DNA from: a virus
Lineage: Duplodnaviria > Caudoviricetes
IMG/VR virus record: IMGVR_UViG_3300048606_000068
Coordinates: 1-61,421 of that record
Length of the DNA stretch: 61,421 nt
Strand: one strand, 5' to 3'
Shown: piece after piece, positions 8,682 to 18,563 of the stretch
How the letters are laid out: each line of letters begins with the position of its first letter
Numbering within the stretch: the stretch's first letter is position 1
Position numbers and translations under genes: made by a program
The notes under the pieces: model-generated
The model's input: only the letters and a program-made list of their open reading frames with translations
Databases searched by the model: none
What the model was told of the DNA's origin: nothing

Positions 8682-9040
8682 TGGACTGCATCTTCTGTCA
8701 GATCATCGCGGGCACTAGTCCCGTGAACATGGTTGAGGAGTGGCCGGAGGCAATCGCTTTCGTGCCGCTCAATCCAGTAACGCCTGGTCATCTACTAATC
8801 GTGCCCAGGGCTCACGTAAGAGACTTCGTACAGGATCCGATCGTGACGGCTGGAGTCTTCGCTCGCGCTGCCGAGTTAGCAGCGGAAGAGGGCGAAGAGG
8901 GCGAAGAGGAAGGGCTCAACCTGATCACGTCGGCGGGGGAAGCCGCTACGCAGACCGTGTTCCATATGCACGTGCATCTAATCCCGAGAGTGTCCGGCGA
9001 TCGGGTTTCTCTGCCCTGGGATGTGCGCCATGGTCGCTGA
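8681..9040 (+). CDS. HIT-family nucleotide hydrolase
   Basis: CIFC, GHLLIVP, QTVFHMHVHLIPR. Confidence 0.92.
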   Translation: MDCIFCQIIAGTSPVNMVEEWPEAIAFVPLNPVTPGHLLIVPRAHVRDFVQDPIVTAGVFARAAELAAEEGEEGEEEGLNLITSAGEAATQTVFHMHVHLIPRVSGDRVSLPWDVRHGR

Positions 9041-11789
9041 CCCCTTCGCCCGGTTGCTGTTCCAGCGAGAGCGCGAGCATGCCGAACTAGAGCGTTTGCT
9101 CGAAGCTGTCGGCCAGGCAGCCCTGGCGGAGACCTTCGCCGGTCTCTGGCGGCACACCCTTGGTGAGCGCACTGTGGTGCTGGCCGCCGGCACTCCGCCG
9201 AACGGGAACGGTCTGGAGCAGGCAGCGCAGCGGCTATGGGTGGCCGCGCTGAATCGATGGATTAAGCCGGTAGCGGATTCGGTCTGGCGGACTCAGCACA
9301 CCGATGCCAGCGCGACGGCGAAGGATCAGCTTTGGGACAAGATCTCCGCCCGGATCAAGTGGACTATCGAGCTGGTTGTGGAAGCCATCACGGCCACCCT
9401 GACGGCGAACTCCCGGCAGAGTCCGGACTACCAGCGGACCTTGGTCGCCGAGCTGCTGAGCTTGGACTCGTTCACGCTCAGCCTGTGGGAGCAGATCCAC
9501 GCGATCGAGGCCGATCTCCTGGATCCGAACAGGGGCCGGGTTGATACCGATGCGATCTACGCCCGTCGGGTCAGGATGCAAGCCAACGCCTTCCTGCTGA
9601 ACGCCAGCCGGGCGCGATCCAAGGGCTTCGCCGCGCTGGCCGTCGCCGAGCCGGACAAAGCCGCTGACTACCGCCGGCTGGCCCGGGAAGCGAACCGGCC
9701 GGCTACCGATGTGAACCGAGCCGCCCGTGATCTCGATCGGTTCGACGAGAAACTGTTCCACAACCCCGACCTCGAAGCCGAGCAACTCGCGACCTTGCGC
9801 GCCAAGCTGGACAAGATCGTCGGCGAGGGTCGCCACGGACACGAGACGTGGCGGAATTCCATCACCCGCGATGCCCGTGCGATCGCGACTGGCCTGCTCA
9901 ACGCGTCCACGCTGCGTTATGGCCTGGATCAGCAGCATGCCACCGGGCAGCCCTGGATCAAGCAGTGGCACTCCACACATGACGAGCGCGTCCGGCCGAC
10001 GCACAAAGCTGCCGACGAACAGGTCCGTGCGATCGCCCTGCCGTTCGACGTCGGCGACGCACCCCTGGATCACCCCGCTGATTTCGACGCACCACCGCAG
10101 GAGTTCTACGGCTGCCGGTGTGGCATGTTCGTGATGTCCAAGGCTCAGCATGATGAGCTGATTGCAAACTTCGTACCGTTCGACGCCCTCGCCGCCGCGA
10201 GCACACAGGAGGACCTGATGACCGTAGCTGCCGACGAGGAGCTGGCCGACCTACCACCGGTGATGTGGCACGGCGTGATCAGCCAAGAGGACACCTACAC
10301 CGGAGACCGCCGGTTCTGGTACCCCGGAGCGATGCGCACTCAGGCGATGCCGCTGCCGATCCGGTTCCAGCGCGAGGACTGGGGTGGCCACACTGGCGCT
10401 GTCGTCGTGGCCAACGCGGACGCGGTTCGGCGCTTCGACAACAACATCCGCGCCTGGGGCACCTTCGCCGATGGAACCCTCACGCCTGAGGTCGAGGAGG
10501 TCATCGGGCTGATGGCGACCCGGATGATCCGGGGCGTGAGCATCGACGGCGATGACGTGCTGGACTCGCAGTTCACCCTGGAGCTGGATGCCGAGGGCAA
10601 CGTCTACGAGAAGTACAACTCCATCCGTCTGCGGGGCTCGACCTTCTGCGCGATCCCAGCATTCGACGGCGCTGAGGTCTACCTCGGTCCGCCTCCTCCT
10701 GAGTGGCTGCTGGAAGGTGAGCCGGTCTCCGTCGAGCAGAACGTACCGGGAGAGACCCGGCCGCTGGACCAGATCTCGGATACCGAGCTGGAGGCGATGC
10801 TCGCCGCGTCCCGGATCCCGGAGAACCTCGCGCAGTACTGGACCTTGGGTGAGGGCGCGGCGAAGATCCGCTGGGGGACCGAGGGCGACTTCGAGCGCTG
10901 CCGGCGGAACCTCGCGCAGTACATCGGCCCCGGCCAGCTCAGCGGCGCGTGTGCGAACCTCCATCACCGGGCGCTCGGCGTTTGGCCCGGCCGGGAAGCC
11001 GCAGCGCTGAAGACGCCGTACCTGATGGCCGGCGCGTTGCTGTCCGAGGACACGCGGGCCAACGAGGCTCCGGGTCTGCAAGAGCACGATCTGACGACCG
11101 ACGCCGACTGGGTCATGACGCGGGACCAGTTCATGCCGCGCGAGCTGGGAGAGCTGACGGCGGTCACGATCGATGACGACGGCAACGTCTACGGACACCT
11201 GGCCGGCTGGGCCTCTTGCCACGCCGGCTTCTCGGACATGTGCGTCACGCCGCCGCACAGCAAGACCGGGTACTCCCTGTTCCACACCGGCGCGGTCCGG
11301 CTCTCCACCGGGGAAGACCTTCCGGTCGGCAAGCTCACCGTGGGATCTGGGCACGCCAGTCCGACCGGCCTCGGCGTCCGGGGCGCGGTCGCGCACTACG
11401 ACAACAGCGCCGTGGCGGTCGCCGTAGTACGGGCGACGGAGGACAAGTGGGGGATCCAGGTCGCCGGCCGGATCATTCCAGGCACGCCGCGTGAGCGCGT
11501 CGAGGAGCTACGCCGGTCGCCGATCTCGGGTGACTGGCGGACGTACCAGGGCAACCTGGAATTGATCGCTGGGCTCGGCGTGAACTCACCCGGCTTCCCG
11601 GTACCGCGCGCAATGGTCGCGTCGGTCGAGGGGCGGCAGCTGTCGCTGGTGGCGGCCGGATACGTTGCCCCGGACAACAGCAAGATGATCGAGGAGCTGG
11701 CTGCGCGCATCGCGCCGACTCCGGCTGAGATCGATCGGCGTGTGGCTAAGCTGGCCACGCGTATGGCGACTATCAACGGAGGGCAGTAA
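9030..11789 (+). CDS. MuF-like minor head protein fused to capsid maturation protease
   Basis: KQWHSTHDERVRPTH...GCRC (MuF) followed by a protease-like region; internal GGAGG-ATG at 10218. Confidence 0.8.
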   Translation: MVADPFARLLFQREREHAELERLLEAVGQAALAETFAGLWRHTLGERTVVLAAGTPPNGNGLEQAAQRLWVAALNRWIKPVADSVWRTQHTDASATAKDQLWDKISARIKWTIELVVEAITATLTANSRQSPDYQRTLVAELLSLDSFTLSLWEQIHAIEADLLDPNRGRVDTDAIYARRVRMQANAFLLNASRARSKGFAALAVAEPDKAADYRRLAREANRPATDVNRAARDLDRFDEKLFHNPDLEAEQLATLRAKLDKIVGEGRHGHETWRNSITRDARAIATGLLNASTLRYGLDQQHATGQPWIKQWHSTHDERVRPTHKAADEQVRAIALPFDVGDAPLDHPADFDAPPQEFYGCRCGMFVMSKAQHDELIANFVPFDALAAASTQEDLMTVAADEELADLPPVMWHGVISQEDTYTGDRRFWYPGAMRTQAMPLPIRFQREDWGGHTGAVVVANADAVRRFDNNIRAWGTFADGTLTPEVEEVIGLMATRMIRGVSIDGDDVLDSQFTLELDAEGNVYEKYNSIRLRGSTFCAIPAFDGAEVYLGPPPPEWLLEGEPVSVEQNVPGETRPLDQISDTELEAMLAASRIPENLAQYWTLGEGAAKIRWGTEGDFERCRRNLAQYIGPGQLSGACANLHHRALGVWPGREAAALKTPYLMAGALLSEDTRANEAPGLQEHDLTTDADWVMTRDQFMPRELGELTAVTIDDDGNVYGHLAGWASCHAGFSDMCVTPPHSKTGYSLFHTGAVRLSTGEDLPVGKLTVGSGHASPTGLGVRGAVAHYDNSAVAVAVVRATEDKWGIQVAGRIIPGTPRERVEELRRSPISGDWRTYQGNLELIAGLGVNSPGFPVPRAMVASVEGRQLSLVAAGYVAPDNSKMIEELAARIAPTPAEIDRRVAKLATRMATINGGQ

Positions 11790-11791
11790 TT

Positions 11792-11956
11792 GTGGGCTGT
11801 GGCTGTGGAGGTGGCGGCGCGGCTGCCGCGATGAAGGTGGTCCAGACGTACGAGATCACCGACGATCCGGAGGGGATCAAGTACCTCACGGAGCGGGACG
11901 CGATCGATCAGGCGCGCGAGCGCGACCTACCAGGGGCCGTAGTACCCTCGGCTTAG
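11792..11956 (+). CDS. Small MGCGC protein (54 aa, not in ORF track)
   Basis: GTG-GCGCGGGG...; GGAGGG RBS; lies between protease and terminator. Confidence 0.7.
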   Translation: MGCGCGGGGAAAAMKVVQTYEITDDPEGIKYLTERDAIDQARERDLPGAVVPSA

Positions 11957-11982
11957 ATCCAGTGGCTGTACTGATCGAGGCA

Positions 11983-12020
11983 GAAACGCCCCTCCCGGTC
12001 ACAATCGGGAGGGGCGTTTC
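11983..12020. terminator. Bidirectional terminator
   Basis: GAAACGCCCCTCCCG/CGGGAGGGGCGTTTC between convergent genes. Confidence 0.8.
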
Positions 12021-12024
12021 GCTG

Positions 12025-12198
12025 TCAGACCGTTTCGAGCACGAAGACGCGGCGCATGCCCACGAAGTAGCTCCGGTACGAAACCCGGAGCCCGGTTGCC
12101 TTTGCTTCTTTCCTGATCTCAAGAGCCAATCCGAGACGGGCATTCGCTCCGGTCAGGGTGAGCCTCTTGTAGATCCGGAGCGTTTCCAGCGGAGTCAT
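12025..12198 (-). CDS. Small basic protein inserted antisense in the head operon
   Basis: 57 aa; GAAAGG RBS; own promoter. Confidence 0.7.
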   Translation of the reverse strand: MTPLETLRIYKRLTLTGANARLGLALEIRKEAKATGLRVSYRSYFVGMRRVFVLETV

Positions 12199-12223
12199 CT
12201 TTCGTGCCTTTCTCGCAGTGCCA

Positions 12224-12266
12224 TGCTGACATGTAGAACAGTACAGCACGGCTCGACACGGAGCAA
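12224..12266 (-). promoter_or_regulatory. Early-type promoter
   Basis: TTGCTC-17-TACTGT-TCTACATGTCAGCA. Confidence 0.75.
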
Positions 12267-12326
12267 CCCCGAACTATCGCCCTACGGCAATCACCGATCC
12301 ACGCGGTAATCTGTGCTTGAACGTTC

Positions 12327-12347
12327 GCCGCTGTGCCTCGGGCCGGG
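12327..12347 (+). promoter_or_regulatory. Conserved structural-gene leader motif, copy 1
   Basis: GCCGCTGTGCCTCGGGCCGGG downstream of TAATCT. Confidence 0.7.
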
Positions 12348-12381
12348 TGCACCCATCCGACTCTTGATGAGAGGGCACACC

Positions 12382-14247
12382 GTGGACCCGATCACCCTCC
12401 AGAATCTTCTGGACGAGCTTGCCCGTGAGGGCGGCAACCTCACCGATTACCTGGCCGCAGCCATCGCGGACGGCCGTTTGACGGCTGAGACCGCAGAGGC
12501 GCTGAGCAATGAGGCGCTCGAAAGCTTCACCGCGTTGCGGAACGCCGAAGAGCGCTCCCCGGCCGACCTCTCGACCATGGAGACCCTGGTCGAGACCGTC
12601 GAGGCCGTACGCGTCGCCAACGAGACCATCGCAGCCACAGCGACCGCCGAAGCCGAGCAGATCGCCGCTCTGGCCGCGCGGATGACGCCGGCCACCGACA
12701 CCGCTACCCCGGCCGAAGAGCCCGAGGCTGGCGAGACGCCCGAGGGTGAGACCCCGGCCGAAGAGCCCGAGGGTGAGACCCCGGCCGGAGAGCCGCTCGA
12801 CGTCGCCAACGCGCCCGTGGTCGATCTGACCGGCGAGCCGGCACAGGAGCCCGCTCTCGTGGCCTCCACCCCGCCGGCCCGGCCACGTCCGCATGTCAGC
12901 CTGGCCAGCATCGCCGCCCGGACCCAGCGCCCGGTGCCGACGACCGGTGGCCGTGAGCTGCCCTTCGGCGGAGCCCTCGTGGCGTCCGCCGGCGCACCCG
13001 GTGTCACGCCCGGCCAGATGTACGGGTCGTGGGAGGACCTCGGCCGAGCGGGCATGCAGGCTTTCGGGGCGATGTCCCAGGGGCAGCTCCGCCAGCTCAG
13101 CGCGTCGGCGCAGTCCAGCGGGCAGCCGTTCCGGCAGCGCAACGGTCTGGCCAACTTCCGGATCGAGTTCCCGGAAGAGCTGACGATCAACGATCCGAAC
13201 GCCGACAGCGCCGCGATCCTCGCGCTCGCTGCCGATCAGTCCCGTCTCCCGGGTGGGTCGCTCCTGGCCGCCAACGGCTGGTGCTCGCCGTCGGAGACCA
13301 TGTACGACCTGTGCGACCTGCCGTGTTCGCTCGACGGCATCCTGTCCGTGCCCGAGGTCAACGCCCCGCGTGGTGGCCTGAGCTGGACCAAGGGGATCGA
13401 CTTCGCCGCGATCTACGCCGGCACGGGGTACTTCCACTTCACCGAAGCGCAGATGATGGCCGACCCCCGGCCGGACAAGCCCTGCATGGAGATCCCGTGC
13501 GTCGAGTTCGACGAGGCACGGCTCGACGTCGACGGCCTGTGCATCACCGGCGACATCATGCAGTCCAAGACGTACCCGGAGACGGTCGCGCAGTTCATGC
13601 AGGGCGCGATGTGCGCCCATGCCCACCGCGTGAACGCGTTCAAGCTGGCCGCGATCTCCGCCGGCTCGCAGAACATCGGCTCTGTCACCCAGGCCGGCTA
13701 CGGCGCGGTCTCGAACGTGCTCTACGCGATCGAGCTTCAGATCCAGGCGTACCGCTACCGGGGCCGTCGTGCCCAGGAGGGCAGCGTCTCGATCCTGGAA
13801 CTGGTCGCGCCGTTCTGGCTGAAGGGCGTCCTGCGGGCGGACATCGCCAACCGCAACGCTCCGAGCGGCATCGGCAACCCGCTGATGGTGACGGACGCTG
13901 ACATCGTGGCCTGGTTCGCCAGCCGTGGCGTGGCGATCCGGTTCGTGTACGACTGGCAGGACCTGGAGCCGATCGGCGTCGAGCCGGACCTCACTCCCGT
14001 CGTCGACTACCCGAACACCGTCGAATTCCTGCTCTACGAGGCGGGTACCTGGGTCGTGCCGATGCTCGACCTGATCACCCTGGAGTCGATCTACGACAGC
14101 ACCCTGATCGCCCAGAACAAGTTCACGGCGCTGTTCACCGAGCAGGCGTTCACCGTGATCAACCGCTGCAACGGTTCGATGCGTTTCCAGGTCCCGATCT
14201 GCGCCAACGGCAACACCGGGGCTCAGGTCGCGGCCGTCTGCGCGTAG
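12382..14247 (+). CDS. Major capsid protein with N-terminal scaffold-like extension
   Basis: Acidic helical N-terminus with EEPEGETPA repeats, then LLAANGWCSPSETMYDLC, DKPC..IPC motifs; strong codon bias; followed by terminator. Confidence 0.88.
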   Translation: MDPITLQNLLDELAREGGNLTDYLAAAIADGRLTAETAEALSNEALESFTALRNAEERSPADLSTMETLVETVEAVRVANETIAATATAEAEQIAALAARMTPATDTATPAEEPEAGETPEGETPAEEPEGETPAGEPLDVANAPVVDLTGEPAQEPALVASTPPARPRPHVSLASIAARTQRPVPTTGGRELPFGGALVASAGAPGVTPGQMYGSWEDLGRAGMQAFGAMSQGQLRQLSASAQSSGQPFRQRNGLANFRIEFPEELTINDPNADSAAILALAADQSRLPGGSLLAANGWCSPSETMYDLCDLPCSLDGILSVPEVNAPRGGLSWTKGIDFAAIYAGTGYFHFTEAQMMADPRPDKPCMEIPCVEFDEARLDVDGLCITGDIMQSKTYPETVAQFMQGAMCAHAHRVNAFKLAAISAGSQNIGSVTQAGYGAVSNVLYAIELQIQAYRYRGRRAQEGSVSILELVAPFWLKGVLRADIANRNAPSGIGNPLMVTDADIVAWFASRGVAIRFVYDWQDLEPIGVEPDLTPVVDYPNTVEFLLYEAGTWVVPMLDLITLESIYDSTLIAQNKFTALFTEQAFTVINRCNGSMRFQVPICANGNTGAQVAAVCA

Positions 14248-14256
14248 CCCTGGCCG

Positions 14257-14288
14257 GGGTGGGCTGTCTCCTCCGTGACAGCCCACCC
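14257..14288 (+). terminator. Hairpin after major capsid gene
   Basis: GGGTGGGCTGTC/GACAGCCCACCC. Confidence 0.7.
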
Positions 14289-14329
14289 TTCCCAGTCCTG
14301 AAAGCCAAGACGACCAGGGGATACCAGCC

Positions 14330-15199
14330 ATGCCGTTGCCTCCGAAGACTGTGATCGACCCACCGGCGGTAGAGCGGTACGCCGGTGGTCTGTACTCCGC
14401 TGCCAGCTTCCCGGAGCTGGACGCCGAAACCATGCAGCGCATGTTCGGTGGCGAGGGCGTCACGTTCCTGGCGGAGACCTGCGCTCAGCCTCAGGGCTGG
14501 GCCATCACCTGTCCGGACGACGTCGCCCGGGTGGACAAAGAGTTCACCCTGGAGTTCCCCGAGATGGGTGGCTCGCCGTTCGTCGAGTACCTCGGCGTTC
14601 AGTGTGGGTTGGTCGGCCGGACCCTGGAGGAGTACTCCACTATCGTCCGGCGGGCACTCGACCTGTGTGAGCAACGCGCGGTCGAGCACACCTTCTGGAC
14701 CGGGGACATGGGCAACGATCCTCACCTGGCCGACAACACCGCGCCGGACGCGGCCGTCGTACTGAATCCCGGCCTGACCGCCGTGCCCCTGCTGGAAGGG
14801 ATCAGCCGGCTGGAGGAGGCGCTCGGCGACAACTACTGCGGGGTCGGCGTACTGCACGCCCCACGCACGATCGCGCCGTACGCTTCCAACCTGCTCCAGG
14901 CCATCGGTACCCCGAAGCAGCTCACCACTGTGCTGGGTACTCGCTGGGCCTTCGGTGCGGGGTACAGCGTCAACACCGGGCCGACTGGCGTGGAAGCGCC
15001 TGACGGTGAAGCCTGGATCTACGGTACGGCCGGGGTCCAGATTTATCGCTCGGACATGTGGCTCCAGCCCGACGTGCTGGAGCAGGCTTTCCGTACCCGT
15101 ACCAACTTCGTCGAGCTATTGGCGGAACGAGCGATCCTCATCACGATGGACTGCCCGGTGAAGTTCGCCGTACGAGTGAATCTGGAGTGCAGCTGCTGA
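14330..15199 (+). CDS. Putative minor capsid/head-associated protein
   Basis: 289 aa directly after MCP; EQRAVE..FWTG. Confidence 0.6.
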   Translation: MPLPPKTVIDPPAVERYAGGLYSAASFPELDAETMQRMFGGEGVTFLAETCAQPQGWAITCPDDVARVDKEFTLEFPEMGGSPFVEYLGVQCGLVGRTLEEYSTIVRRALDLCEQRAVEHTFWTGDMGNDPHLADNTAPDAAVVLNPGLTAVPLLEGISRLEEALGDNYCGVGVLHAPRTIAPYASNLLQAIGTPKQLTTVLGTRWAFGAGYSVNTGPTGVEAPDGEAWIYGTAGVQIYRSDMWLQPDVLEQAFRTRTNFVELLAERAILITMDCPVKFAVRVNLECSC

Positions 15200-15567
15200 T
15201 GACTGACGTCAAGATGATCCTGCCTGGCGCGGCGCGCGGGGCGATGGCGACCAAGCTTCTGGAGGCGGCCGACCATCTCGGTCTGCCGGCCAGCGTGATC
15301 CGCTCCCAGGCGCGCGGGTTCCTGGTGCCGGAAGAGGTTCACGCCTACCTCTTCCCCTCGGAATACGACGGGGGCAGTCCCGATCCGGACGTTGATGGCG
15401 ATACGCCTGATGCTGGCGACCCGGACCAGTACGACGAAATGGAGTTTCCGGAGCTGCGCGAGACAGCCAAGAAACGCGATCTGAGTGCGGGCGGTAGCGC
15501 CGACGAGATCAAGGCTCGGCTACGGGAGGCCGACGCCGCTGCGACCCAGCCGGGTGCGAGCGAGTAG
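15199..15567 (+). CDS. Hypothetical protein with C-terminal SAP/HeH-like motif
   Basis: ELRETAKKRDLSAGGSADEIKARL. Confidence 0.65.
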   Translation: MTDVKMILPGAARGAMATKLLEAADHLGLPASVIRSQARGFLVPEEVHAYLFPSEYDGGSPDPDVDGDTPDAGDPDQYDEMEFPELRETAKKRDLSAGGSADEIKARLREADAAATQPGASE

Positions 15568-15734
15568 GACCAGCTCATGACTGCGGGCACTGAGCGATCA
15601 GTGCCCGCAGTTTGCATGTCCACGGCAACTATCACCTACCGTGAGAGGGGAACTCCCTGACGGCATAAGCGCCGGAACAGTTACTGCCTGACCAACAGCG
15701 ACTGTATACGAGCGTTACGAGAGAGGCACCGTGA

Positions 15735-16007
15735 GTGACTAGCGGGGATATCGTGGCGATCATCGGGGCAGCCGCCACACTGGTAACCGCAGGGGCAGGC
15801 GCGATATCCCTGGTGCGCCGCCATTCGGATGACATGTCCAAACGAGAGATCCAGTACCAAGAGAACCGCGACAGGCTACTGCGCGTCTACCGGCGGATTG
15901 TCACGGAGTTGCGGGATCTCCTGGCCGAGCATGGGATTGCGGAACCAGAAGGTATCGATGACGAACTTAGAGGACGACAAAGAGCTGAGTCCGATGCGGA
16001 AGCGTAG
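15735..16007 (+). CDS. Membrane protein (possible lysis accessory)
   Basis: N-terminal TM helix then coiled coil; GAGAGG RBS. Confidence 0.65.
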   Translation: MTSGDIVAIIGAAATLVTAGAGAISLVRRHSDDMSKREIQYQENRDRLLRVYRRIVTELRDLLAEHGIAEPEGIDDELRGRQRAESDAEA

Positions 16008-16683
16008 GGGCGTCAAGTGGCCTGCGCTGCTGGTCGCCACGTCCCTCATCGCTCTGGCTGGAATCTTCGGGTACGCCATGCGCGGGAAGCTCATAGAAGC
16101 TACCCGCGCAGATCAGGCAACGGTCCAGGGCCAGCAGCAGCAAGCTGACGCCAAAGCTCTTGCTCAGGGCATTCGCCGAGCTTGTGCCCGGAAGGTGCCG
16201 GAGGTGTCGGCGTACTGCACGCGGGCGCAGAAGGTGATCGAGCAGAAGACGATCGAAGGGCCACGCGGGGAACAGGGCGTCCAGGGAGCTGTCGGTCCGG
16301 TGGGGCCATCGGGTCCTTCCGGAAAGCCGGGGGCCAACGCGACCGGCGTACCAGGCAGAGCGGGACCTTCCGGCCCACCCGGAAAGCCAGGGGCCAACGC
16401 GACCGGCGTACCAGGATCACAGGGCAGCCCCGGCCAGGGCGGGCCTGGTGGTCCTGAAGGATCTCCAGGAGCGCAAGGTCCCATAGGACCAGAAGGGAGC
16501 CCTGGCGCTCCTGGAGGGCAAGGAGAGCGTGGGCCAGAGGGCAAGGGCGTGACGTCTGTGGAGTGCACGGGGGATCAACTTCAGACGTTCCGCTTCACCT
16601 TCACCGACGGCACGACCCAGACGGTTGAGTGCGCGCCGGCTCAGCCGCCAAGCCCAACTCCCGACCCGACTCCCTCCGGGTAA
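15958..16683 (+). CDS. Membrane-anchored collagen-like protein
   Basis: TM helix, long G-X-Y run, duplicated [12 protein letters not shown]; start uncertain (15958 or 15994). Confidence 0.8.
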   Translation: MTNLEDDKELSPMRKRRGVKWPALLVATSLIALAGIFGYAMRGKLIEATRADQATVQGQQQQADAKALAQGIRRACARKVPEVSAYCTRAQKVIEQKTIEGPRGEQGVQGAVGPVGPSGPSGKPGANATGVPGRAGPSGPPGKPGANATGVPGSQGSPGQGGPGGPEGSPGAQGPIGPEGSPGAPGGQGERGPEGKGVTSVECTGDQLQTFRFTFTDGTTQTVECAPAQPPSPTPDPTPSG

Positions 16684-16696
16684 CCTGTAGGGGCAT

Positions 16697-16715
16697 CGCT
16701 GAGCCTTGGGCCGGG
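16697..16715 (+). promoter_or_regulatory. Leader motif, copy 2
   Basis: CGCTGAGCCTTGGGCCGGG after TAACCT. Confidence 0.6.
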
Positions 16716-16747
16716 TCGCCGAACACCTGACTGGATTGGTTGCGAAG

Positions 16748-18133
16748 ATGGCTCGTTGCGGCTGTGCATCCTCCTCCTGCGCCTGCCTGCTCGAAGGCGG
16801 CAACGGGATCACCATCACCGGCAACGGCAACTCCGGTTCGCCGTACGTCGCCGAGATCGACTGTGATGCCGTCGAAGCTTGCATCGGTGGTGGAGGTGGG
16901 GGCGAGGCGCTGTTGTCGCCGCGCTACGCACAGGGTGCCGTCGTCTTCACCTGGGATGATGGCTGGGACACGCATCCGAGCGTTGCCGACATGCATGCCG
17001 CGCGAGGCCAAAAAGCCACCTTCTATGTGACCACCAATCTGCTCGGCACTGCGCAACACATGACGGCCGGAGCGATCGCGCCGATGGTTGCGCAAGGCCA
17101 CGAGATCGGCGCGCACTCCGCCGACCACCTAGATATGACCACGCTGACACCGGTCACCCGCGCCCCGCAGTGGGCCTCCCAGCAGACCCTGGAGGGGATC
17201 ATCGGGGGCGGCTACCAGGTGCGCTCGTACGCGTACCCGTTCGGCACCCACAACCTGGCCACCGATCAGGAGTCGTACGGCCGGTTCGACCGGATCGCCT
17301 CGGTCGGCCTGTCGCAAGGATTTGCAGGCTCTTCGACGTCCGCTGGTCAATGGATGTACGAGCCGGGGAAGATCGAGAACTACCGTCACGGCCGGTTCCC
17401 CTGGAGCCAGACCACCCACGCTCAGTTCATGCGGATCCTGAAGGACTACGTACTCAAGCGTCCTGTGATCCTGACCGCGTACGCGCACCAGATCGGCAAC
17501 CCCGACACGCCCACCCTGATTCAGGTCACCGAAGCCATGGACTACTGCCAGGCCAACGGGATTCCGTGCCTGACCAGCGCGCAGGCATTCCCTGGCCCGA
17601 AGGTGGTCAATGCCGGATTCGAGAACAGCATCGATGGCTGGGTGGTCATCACGGCCGGAACTGGTGCGACCGGTCTGACCGTCGACAGCTTCACCGATGC
17701 GCCGTCGGCAGGGCTCCCCGGCACGAAGTCGCTTCGGGTCATTTCGCCGAACACCCCCACCACCAACGACACGGTGGAAGTCATGCAGACTTTCCCGGTG
17801 GACGGTGATCGGCCGTACACCTTCTCAGGACGAATCCGGCACGACCCGACCCCTGTTGGTGTGGGTGCGGGGGTCAAACTCCGTATCAACGAGATGGCTG
17901 CTGACGGCACTGTGATTTCGGGACGGGCCGTCAGCGGGGCAGCGTCCACAACCGCGTGGACTCAGGGCACTGTGACGCCAGCAGCACTGAATGACGGCCG
18001 GACCATCGCCGGACGCTCTCATCCTGAGGCGCGTTACTGGGAGGTCGGCGTCCGGATCAACAACGTGACCGGTACTTTCTACGCTGATCACCTGTACTTC
18101 GGCCCCACCGAAGCTGCCGGGGCCATCGGCTGA
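16748..18133 (+). CDS. Virion-associated polysaccharide deacetylase (NodB/CE4) with C-terminal carbohydrate-binding-like domain
   Basis: Cys-rich N-terminus MARCGCASSSCAC; VFTWDDG, GHEIGAHSADH, YAYPFG; NAGFE...GW...YADHLYFG jelly-roll pattern. Confidence 0.8.
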   Translation: MARCGCASSSCACLLEGGNGITITGNGNSGSPYVAEIDCDAVEACIGGGGGGEALLSPRYAQGAVVFTWDDGWDTHPSVADMHAARGQKATFYVTTNLLGTAQHMTAGAIAPMVAQGHEIGAHSADHLDMTTLTPVTRAPQWASQQTLEGIIGGGYQVRSYAYPFGTHNLATDQESYGRFDRIASVGLSQGFAGSSTSAGQWMYEPGKIENYRHGRFPWSQTTHAQFMRILKDYVLKRPVILTAYAHQIGNPDTPTLIQVTEAMDYCQANGIPCLTSAQAFPGPKVVNAGFENSIDGWVVITAGTGATGLTVDSFTDAPSAGLPGTKSLRVISPNTPTTNDTVEVMQTFPVDGDRPYTFSGRIRHDPTPVGVGAGVKLRINEMAADGTVISGRAVSGAASTTAWTQGTVTPAALNDGRTIAGRSHPEARYWEVGVRINNVTGTFYADHLYFGPTEAAGAIG

Positions 18134-18167
18134 CCTGACGGACCACTCCCATAGGAGAGATCACCAG

Positions 18168-18473
18168 ATGTACACCTACTTCTCAGCCACTGACGCACCG
18201 AGCCGTGCCCTGTTCATCGCCGATTCGGAAACCAACGGAATCGCCCAATTCATCAACGACGAAGACCTGACTGTCTGGGTCCTCGGCGGCCTGGAGTACG
18301 AAGGGGGGCCGGGGACTCTCGGCACCTGGACTACCTATCCGTCCGACTTGCAGCCTGGCTTCTGGTCCGTGCGCAACCCCGCTGGCCAGCGGATCGCCTT
18401 CGCGTCCAACCAGGCGCTAGCTGAGGTCATGGTTGACGCCATGACGAACTACCCGGTAGAGCCGCCCGGCTGA
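18168..18473 (+). CDS. Hypothetical protein
   Basis: 101 aa, AGGAG RBS. Confidence 0.75.
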   Translation: MYTYFSATDAPSRALFIADSETNGIAQFINDEDLTVWVLGGLEYEGGPGTLGTWTTYPSDLQPGFWSVRNPAGQRIAFASNQALAEVMVDAMTNYPVEPPG

Positions 18474-18512
18474 CCGATCGATCGGCTGTAACCTAGAGCT
18501 GACGTTTTCTTT

Positions 18513-18533
18513 GCCGCTGCGCCTCGGGCCGGG
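18513..18533 (+). promoter_or_regulatory. Leader motif, copy 3
   Basis: GCCGCTGCGCCTCGGGCCGGG after TAACCT. Confidence 0.7.
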
Positions 18534-18563
18534 CTTCCTTCTCCTGAGAGGAACCCCGGCGAA

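Noticed and set aside
12274-14463. Long antisense ORFs (also 6502-7998, 10251-11396, 37916-39199, 42221-43489)
   Set aside because: These are shadows of high-GC3 genes on the opposite strand, with no RBS or recognisable motifs.
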